DNA of 32,000 nt from Oscillospiraceae bacterium (lineage in GTDB: Bacteria > Bacillota > Clostridia > Oscillospirales > Acutalibacteraceae): positions 1 through 32,000 of the forward strand of contig SVPY01000029.1 of the NCBI GenBank assembly GCA_015065615.1, in the 5' to 3' direction. The position numbers and the translations under genes were made by a program. The notes under the pieces were generated by a model, which saw only the letters and a list, made by a program, of their open reading frames with translations, was not told where the DNA came from and made no database searches. Of this stretch, positions 27,350-32,000 are shown piece by piece. How positions within the stretch are numbered: the stretch's first letter is position 1; each line of letters begins with the position of its first letter.

Positions 27350-28261
27350 TTATTTTTTAATTTGCTTGAAATTGCCGTAAGTATCGTTTACAGTTTCGCT
27401 GAAAGAGAAGGTGTCGTCATATTTTTTCAGAATATTCTTAAAATCTACTATCTGATTTTTATTTACAACACAAATTAAAAGCACCTTACTATCGTTACTG
27501 TACGAACCTATTGCGTCAATTTTAGTTACACCATGCTTCAAAGTAGCCATAATATCGGTAATTATTTCATCAGGATGTGAAGTAACAATGGTGAATTTGA
27601 TTGCAGTTCGTGTTCCTTTTATGATGTAATTTCCTACAAAGCTTGTAACGAAGCAGTAAATCATACAGGAAAAAACAGGCTGATAATCGTAAACTAACCC
27701 GCCGTTTCCGTCAGGCTGCGCGTAAACGAAGAAGGAAGAGGCTGCTACCAATGCATTTATACTGAAATTGATCCAGAAGAAATTAAGCTCAGGGTTAAGT
27801 TTGCTGATATATTTGGAAATTATATCGGTGCCACCTGTGCTGCCCTGCAGCCTGAAACATGTTCCGTATACGAAACCAAGTAGTACACCGCTAATAAGAA
27901 CAGGGAACATTGTGTTGTGACCGCCTGCGTAATATCTGAATTCTTCAAGACCCATTTTCTGCACACAGAGATAAGCAAGAGCATATGCGGCACAGAAAGT
28001 AAGACTCTTTTTCGCAAAGCTTTTTTCCACGAAGAAATAAGCGAAAATACAAAGAGGTATATTAATAAGAAGGGACATATAACCTATTGAAAAACCAGTT
28101 TTGTACTGCACCATCGTTGCAATACCGTTAAGACCTGAAGGGGCAAAATTGTTGGGAACAACGAAAAGATGGGTTTCGAAAGCGTGCATGGTAGCCGCCA
28201 ATGCAATTATCACATAAACAGCTATACTTTTAATTAAGGCCTTTTTATTTATAGGTTTCAT
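27350..28261 (-). CDS. YitT family membrane protein with a C-terminal DUF2179-like domain
   Basis: The 303-aa ORF has an N-terminal polytopic region (...LFVVPNNFAPSGLNGIATMVQY..., GSTGGTDIISKYI) and a soluble C-terminal ~80-aa domain (...TIVTSHPDEIITDIMATLKHGVTKIDAIGSYS...). Confidence 0.8.
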   Translation of the reverse strand: MKPINKKALIKSIAVYVIIALAATMHAFETHLFVVPNNFAPSGLNGIATMVQYKTGFSIGYMSLLINIPLCIFAYFFVEKSFAKKSLTFCAAYALAYLCVQKMGLEEFRYYAGGHNTMFPVLISGVLLGFVYGTCFRLQGSTGGTDIISKYISKLNPELNFFWINFSINALVAASSFFVYAQPDGNGGLVYDYQPVFSCMIYCFVTSFVGNYIIKGTRTAIKFTIVTSHPDEIITDIMATLKHGVTKIDAIGSYSNDSKVLLICVVNKNQIVDFKNILKKYDDTFSFSETVNDTYGNFKQIKK

Positions 28262-28281
28262 ATATTATTTTCTCCGTTCAA

Positions 28282-28911
28282 TTATAAACTGTTATTGAGC
28301 ATCCAATCAACAAGCTCATCGTTGTAGGCATTTACCCACACGCCGTGGCCTACGTCCTCAAAAAGTGACATTTTCACCTTTCCGCCTGCCTTTTTGATGG
28401 CGTTGACCATATCAATGGTATTGGAGGGCAGAACTACATCATCCTCCATACCGTGGAAAGCCCACACGGGCATTTTCAAAACTCCTGCATTCCAAGGCAT
28501 ACCGCCGCCACAGATAGGCACAATAGCGGCAAATTTTCCGGGGAATTCCATAGCTGTATACCATGTACCGAAACCGCCCATACTGAGACCCGTTAAGTAA
28601 ACTTTCTTTAAATCCGCCTTAAAGTATGCGTTTACCTTATCTACAAAGGACCCGATCTCCTGAATACGGGCTACCCAGAAGCTATCAGTGGGGCACTGAG
28701 GCTCTATCAGTATGCAATCGTAATTTTTATCATCGCAAAAAACGTGAGAAAGACCGTGAACCTCGGTTTTCCAAAGTTCATCGCCGCCCATTCCCCTCTC
28801 GCCTGCACCGTGAAGCTGGAAAATAATGGGTAAATTTTCCTTCATCTCGTCGGGCACTCTTGCAATAAAAGGAAATTCAAATTCTTTTGTATCAAAAATA
28901 AGCTTTTTCAT
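28282..28911 (-). CDS. Alpha/beta hydrolase (carboxylesterase-type serine hydrolase)
   Basis: The 209-aa ORF has the nucleophile elbow GLSMGG, an acid residue in FHGMEDDVV and a His in DVGHGVW. No signal peptide is evident. A GAGGAG RBS lies within the end of the upstream gene. Confidence 0.8.
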   Translation of the reverse strand: MKKLIFDTKEFEFPFIARVPDEMKENLPIIFQLHGAGERGMGGDELWKTEVHGLSHVFCDDKNYDCILIEPQCPTDSFWVARIQEIGSFVDKVNAYFKADLKKVYLTGLSMGGFGTWYTAMEFPGKFAAIVPICGGGMPWNAGVLKMPVWAFHGMEDDVVLPSNTIDMVNAIKKAGGKVKMSLFEDVGHGVWVNAYNDELVDWMLNNSL

Positions 28912-28912
28912 T

Positions 28913-29572
28913 TTATTTCTCCTCGTTCAAAACTAAACTGCTGCATTTTAAAAGCCATTCATCGGCAATTATCTGATGACCGCTTACTGTAGGATGAATT
29001 CCGTCCCACATCCAATAGCTTGCGCCGTACTTTTCTGCAAGCTCACTAAATTTTTCCTGCAAAGGCAGGAAAATTGCACCGTATTCCTCTGCTATCTCTT
29101 TGGTTGCTTTTTGTAAAGGTGTTATCTGCTTTAAATATTTATCGTAGGCTTTTAAAACCTCACCGACAGGCAACACAAAAGGCTCCATAAGCACAAATTT
29201 CACGTTAGGGTTTTGCTCCTTTGCTTCCTCAATAAGCAAGCGGTAAATCTTTTTGAAGCGCTCATACTCTGAGCCGCACTCACTGTTAATTGTGAAATAT
29301 GCGTCGTTTATACCGATTAAAATGCTGATTACGTCGGGTTTATGTAAAAGGGTATCCTCTATCCACCTGCCGTACAAATCGGAAATTCTGTTGCCGGAAA
29401 TACCGCGGTTAATAAATTCCGGCTTCTTTTCGGGATACTTTGCACCGAGGTAGCTGTTGATTATTGACGCATAGCCGTGACCCATCTGGTGGTTTAAATC
29501 CCAGGTGTTATCCTTTATTCTGCCGCCGTCCGTTATTGAGTCGCCCTGAAATAATACTTTCACTTTAATCAC
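28913..29572 (-). CDS. SGNH/GDSL family hydrolase (esterase)
   Basis: Block I is VLFQGDSITDGG, with GISGN, the GINDA block and DGIHPT (catalytic D-x-x-H). The track start GTG at 29572 lies inside an AGGTGA motif. The GTG at 29563 (MKVLFQGDS) has that motif 5 nt upstream as its RBS and may be the true start. Confidence 0.85.
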   Translation of the reverse strand: MIKVKVLFQGDSITDGGRIKDNTWDLNHQMGHGYASIINSYLGAKYPEKKPEFINRGISGNRISDLYGRWIEDTLLHKPDVISILIGINDAYFTINSECGSEYERFKKIYRLLIEEAKEQNPNVKFVLMEPFVLPVGEVLKAYDKYLKQITPLQKATKEIAEEYGAIFLPLQEKFSELAEKYGASYWMWDGIHPTVSGHQIIADEWLLKCSSLVLNEEK

Positions 29573-30012
29573 CTATTCTTAAATAGTTTTAAAATATTTT
29601 TAACACTGAACTGACCTTTATTTTCAATCTGCTTTACGTTTTTTCTTATTACTCCGCCCAAACTATCCGCCTCAAATTCCCAAGGCAGGGAATAATAATT
29701 ATAGGGAAGCTTCTTTTTTACCATAAGCTTAAAACACAGAAAGGAAGGAATACAGACCTTTTTAAAATACCCGAAAAAGCCGAGGTTTTCCCTTTGCTTT
29801 TTATGCCCGTACTCGTGCTTAACTAAGTTTTCGTCCTTAACTTTTCTGCCGAGCCATATAACGAAAAGGTAAGCTCCGCTGTTTCCGCCCTTTTTAACTA
29901 CAAGGGTGTTTTTGTAGGAGGAAAAATAGTGGGCGTCTATTACCTTTTTTTCGTCCGTGTTGCTTCTTTGGTAATTTTTCTTATCTTCTTTTAGCTTCTG
30001 AAAAAAATTCAT
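29569..30012 (-). CDS. Small hypothetical protein with an HExxH (HEYGH) zincin-like motif
   Basis: The 147-aa lysine-rich ORF contains ...LVKHEYGHKKQ... followed by a hydrophobic stretch (GFFGYFKKVCIPSFLCF) and WEFEAD. Its start is an ATGA overlap with the upstream PHP gene's stop. Its own stop overlaps or abuts the SGNH start. Confidence 0.6.
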   Translation of the reverse strand: MNFFQKLKEDKKNYQRSNTDEKKVIDAHYFSSYKNTLVVKKGGNSGAYLFVIWLGRKVKDENLVKHEYGHKKQRENLGFFGYFKKVCIPSFLCFKLMVKKKLPYNYYSLPWEFEADSLGGVIRKNVKQIENKGQFSVKNILKLFKNR

Positions 30013-30815
30013 TTAAGGGGTACCTTTACAAATTCGCCTTTATTAATAGTATAAACTTCCTTGAAACCAACTTCTTTTAAAATACTTTCACACAAATCGA
30101 AGCTATGTGCAATAGTATCCTTGTGGTGGCTGTCGGAATTAATCATTATTTTGCCCTCTGATTTTTTCAGTTCATAAAGAAGCTCTGTGGATATATAGGG
30201 GGTTGTTCTGTAGCCTCTTGAAATAGCGCCCGTGTTCATCTCGAATATAAGGTCTAAATTAATTGCTTCTTTAAAATATTTTAAAGCAATCTGGCGGTAT
30301 TTTTTATCTTCATTCAAATTATAAATATTTTTTTCGTCAAATTTCGTGATTAAATCGAAATGACCGATAATATCGGGCTTTCTTACTTTTAAGTAACTTA
30401 AAAATCTCTCGTAATAGGCTTTGGAAAATTCAAGATAATCTCCGCCGAAAATCTCAATACATCTGTTAAATTTTTCGATACTTGAATCCACGGGATAATA
30501 TTCACCGTTTTTTTCAACGTAATGGGAGGAACCTAAAATATAATCAAATTCCTCTCGGTTAAAGTAAGAGAGCGCCTCCTCCTCTATGCCGAGGTAAATT
30601 TCAATATCATTTTTATATTTCTCTTTAAGCCTTTTAATTTCCGCCTTGTAACCGGATAAATCTCTTATTTTATATGTACAGAAGTCAGGTCCGCTGTGAC
30701 CCGAAAAACCTATTGCCCTGAAATTCTTGTTTATTGCCTCTGAAACTACTTCCTCCGCTGTGCTTTTTCCGTCGCAATAAATTGTATGGGTATGAAAATT
30801 AGAATCTGTTATCAT
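30009..30815 (-). CDS. PHP-family phosphoesterase, histidinol-phosphatase (HisJ/HisK)-like
   Basis: The 268-aa ORF has an N-terminal FHTHTIYCDG (HxH), GFSGHS, ...IIGHFDL... and a C-terminal INSDSHH, the PHP-domain metal ligands. Confidence 0.8.
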   Translation of the reverse strand: MITDSNFHTHTIYCDGKSTAEEVVSEAINKNFRAIGFSGHSGPDFCTYKIRDLSGYKAEIKRLKEKYKNDIEIYLGIEEEALSYFNREEFDYILGSSHYVEKNGEYYPVDSSIEKFNRCIEIFGGDYLEFSKAYYERFLSYLKVRKPDIIGHFDLITKFDEKNIYNLNEDKKYRQIALKYFKEAINLDLIFEMNTGAISRGYRTTPYISTELLYELKKSEGKIMINSDSHHKDTIAHSFDLCESILKEVGFKEVYTINKGEFVKVPLK

Positions 30816-30825
30816 GTTTTTTCCT

Positions 30826-31980
30826 TTATATTAACTCTATTAAAGCAGAACCGATTATAGGGATATTAGGAATTGTGAATTTCTTATAATTTCCTTCAAT
30901 TTTACCCAAAATCTCAAATTCTTCCGTTATTTTAGCACCTTTAAATATTGTAACTTTTGCTTTACTATATGCAGTATTTATTGAAACTTCTAAGTTTTCA
31001 ATTTCTTCCATCATAATATTCGCTATGTAAGCTGCGTTACCTCTTATCCATAAAGCGGCGCGGTGATAAGAAGATACGTAGGAAAGTGTATTATTAGACA
31101 TCCACCTAAGAATATTTTTAAGCCTTATATTTCTGTAGCTGCCAAAATACCAATCAAATGCATGGGCACCGCTGCAGCAAATTCTGCCGCCAAGTTTATT
31201 TTGGAAAACACCCATACCTATGCCTAAGTATTTATAATCGGGATTATCTGACTGCTGCATAAATATAGCTTCGGCATCATATCGGATTTCTGTTAAAGCT
31301 TCTGCTTTTTCATCTGTTTTAATTAATGGGAAAACAGGCTCGTTATTTAAAAAGCCCTGGCCAAACCACCATTTATACTCACCTTTACGGTTAAAGGGGT
31401 GGTCTATTTGCCATTCGCAGGTAAGGCTTTCGTACTTATTACCTGTTTTAAAGCCTGTAAATTCACTGAAACCTCGGTTATTTAAAATATCAAGAGCTTC
31501 GCTATCTAAAAATACTGCTTTACTCAAAGCCTTTTTAATTTCTTCGTCGGACATTTGTGTAGCGGAATTCTTATTTAAAAATAGAACCTGAGCGTTTTCA
31601 GTATTATATGAAAGTGGAATACCAATCTGCTGAATTTCTCCCGGAAATTCTATTACTTCGTGTGCTAAACGCCACTCCTTATCCTTAATTTCTGTTACCT
31701 GATTATTATCCCACCAAAAACTTACACCTTCTGTTTTTTCTCTTTTGAAGGCGTTTACTATTTTATCTGAAGCTTCCCTAATATCCTCAGCTAAACGCAA
31801 ATAGGGCTCGAATTCGCCTATATTATCATTATCAACACAGGTGCTTGAATAGGTAGTGCCTGTGCATCCAATTGCAAGATAGGTTAAAGTTTCAAAAGCA
31901 GTAAAATTAACACTCTTTCTTAAAGTGTGACCGGGGTAATTTTCGATTTCTGACTCAATTTTAGTATTATAAGAGGGCAT
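30826..31980 (-). CDS. Hypothetical protein (at least 384 aa; probably 5'-truncated by the window end)
   Basis: The long ORF has coding-like composition, and its stop lies 10 nt upstream of the PHP gene start. The reading frame stays open from the first ATG (31980) to position 32000, and the RBS before that ATG is weak. The true start is therefore probably outside the window. I do not recognise a family. Confidence 0.6.
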   Translation of the reverse strand: MPSYNTKIESEIENYPGHTLRKSVNFTAFETLTYLAIGCTGTTYSSTCVDNDNIGEFEPYLRLAEDIREASDKIVNAFKREKTEGVSFWWDNNQVTEIKDKEWRLAHEVIEFPGEIQQIGIPLSYNTENAQVLFLNKNSATQMSDEEIKKALSKAVFLDSEALDILNNRGFSEFTGFKTGNKYESLTCEWQIDHPFNRKGEYKWWFGQGFLNNEPVFPLIKTDEKAEALTEIRYDAEAIFMQQSDNPDYKYLGIGMGVFQNKLGGRICCSGAHAFDWYFGSYRNIRLKNILRWMSNNTLSYVSSYHRAALWIRGNAAYIANIMMEEIENLEVSINTAYSKAKVTIFKGAKITEEFEILGKIEGNYKKFTIPNIPIIGSALIELI

Positions 31981-32000
31981 ATACCTTATTTGAGCACCTA

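Overview
The window looks like a low-GC Firmicutes/Clostridia chromosome segment (taxonomy is inferred from protein sequences and gene order only). It is mostly core housekeeping. Minus strand, 1-6434: rpoC (5' part, runs off the window start) and rpoB. Next come a divergent 959-aa cytoplasmic GH28-like beta-helix protein, a DUF554 membrane protein with an MscS-type channel, and a 539-aa MORN-repeat protein. Two short ORFs below the track's size cutoff follow, then metG-tatD. A long minus-strand block then runs: yybP-ykoY Mn riboswitch-mntP; a T-box-led branched-chain amino acid operon (ridA-leuA-ilvB-ilvN-ilvC-ilvD) continuing into a DUF815 P-loop ATPase and cysK; and a tightly packed six-gene hydrolase-rich operon (unknown 384+ aa protein, PHP phosphoesterase, HExxH mini-protein, SGNH hydrolase, alpha/beta hydrolase, YitT membrane protein). 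I saw no rRNA, tRNA, CRISPR array, transposase, integrase or other mobile-element signature. I could not identify a clear-cut novel multi-gene system. The best second-look candidates are the DUF815 ATPase coupled to ilvD, the coupled hydrolase operon with its HExxH mini-protein, the MORN-repeat protein with the adjacent micro-lipoprotein gene, the chimeric GH28 protein, the acidic [DE]n-L-F tail on RpoB, and the promoter/terminator-dense region upstream of rpoB. All RNA-element and promoter calls come from reading the sequence by eye and need covariance-model or transcriptomic confirmation.
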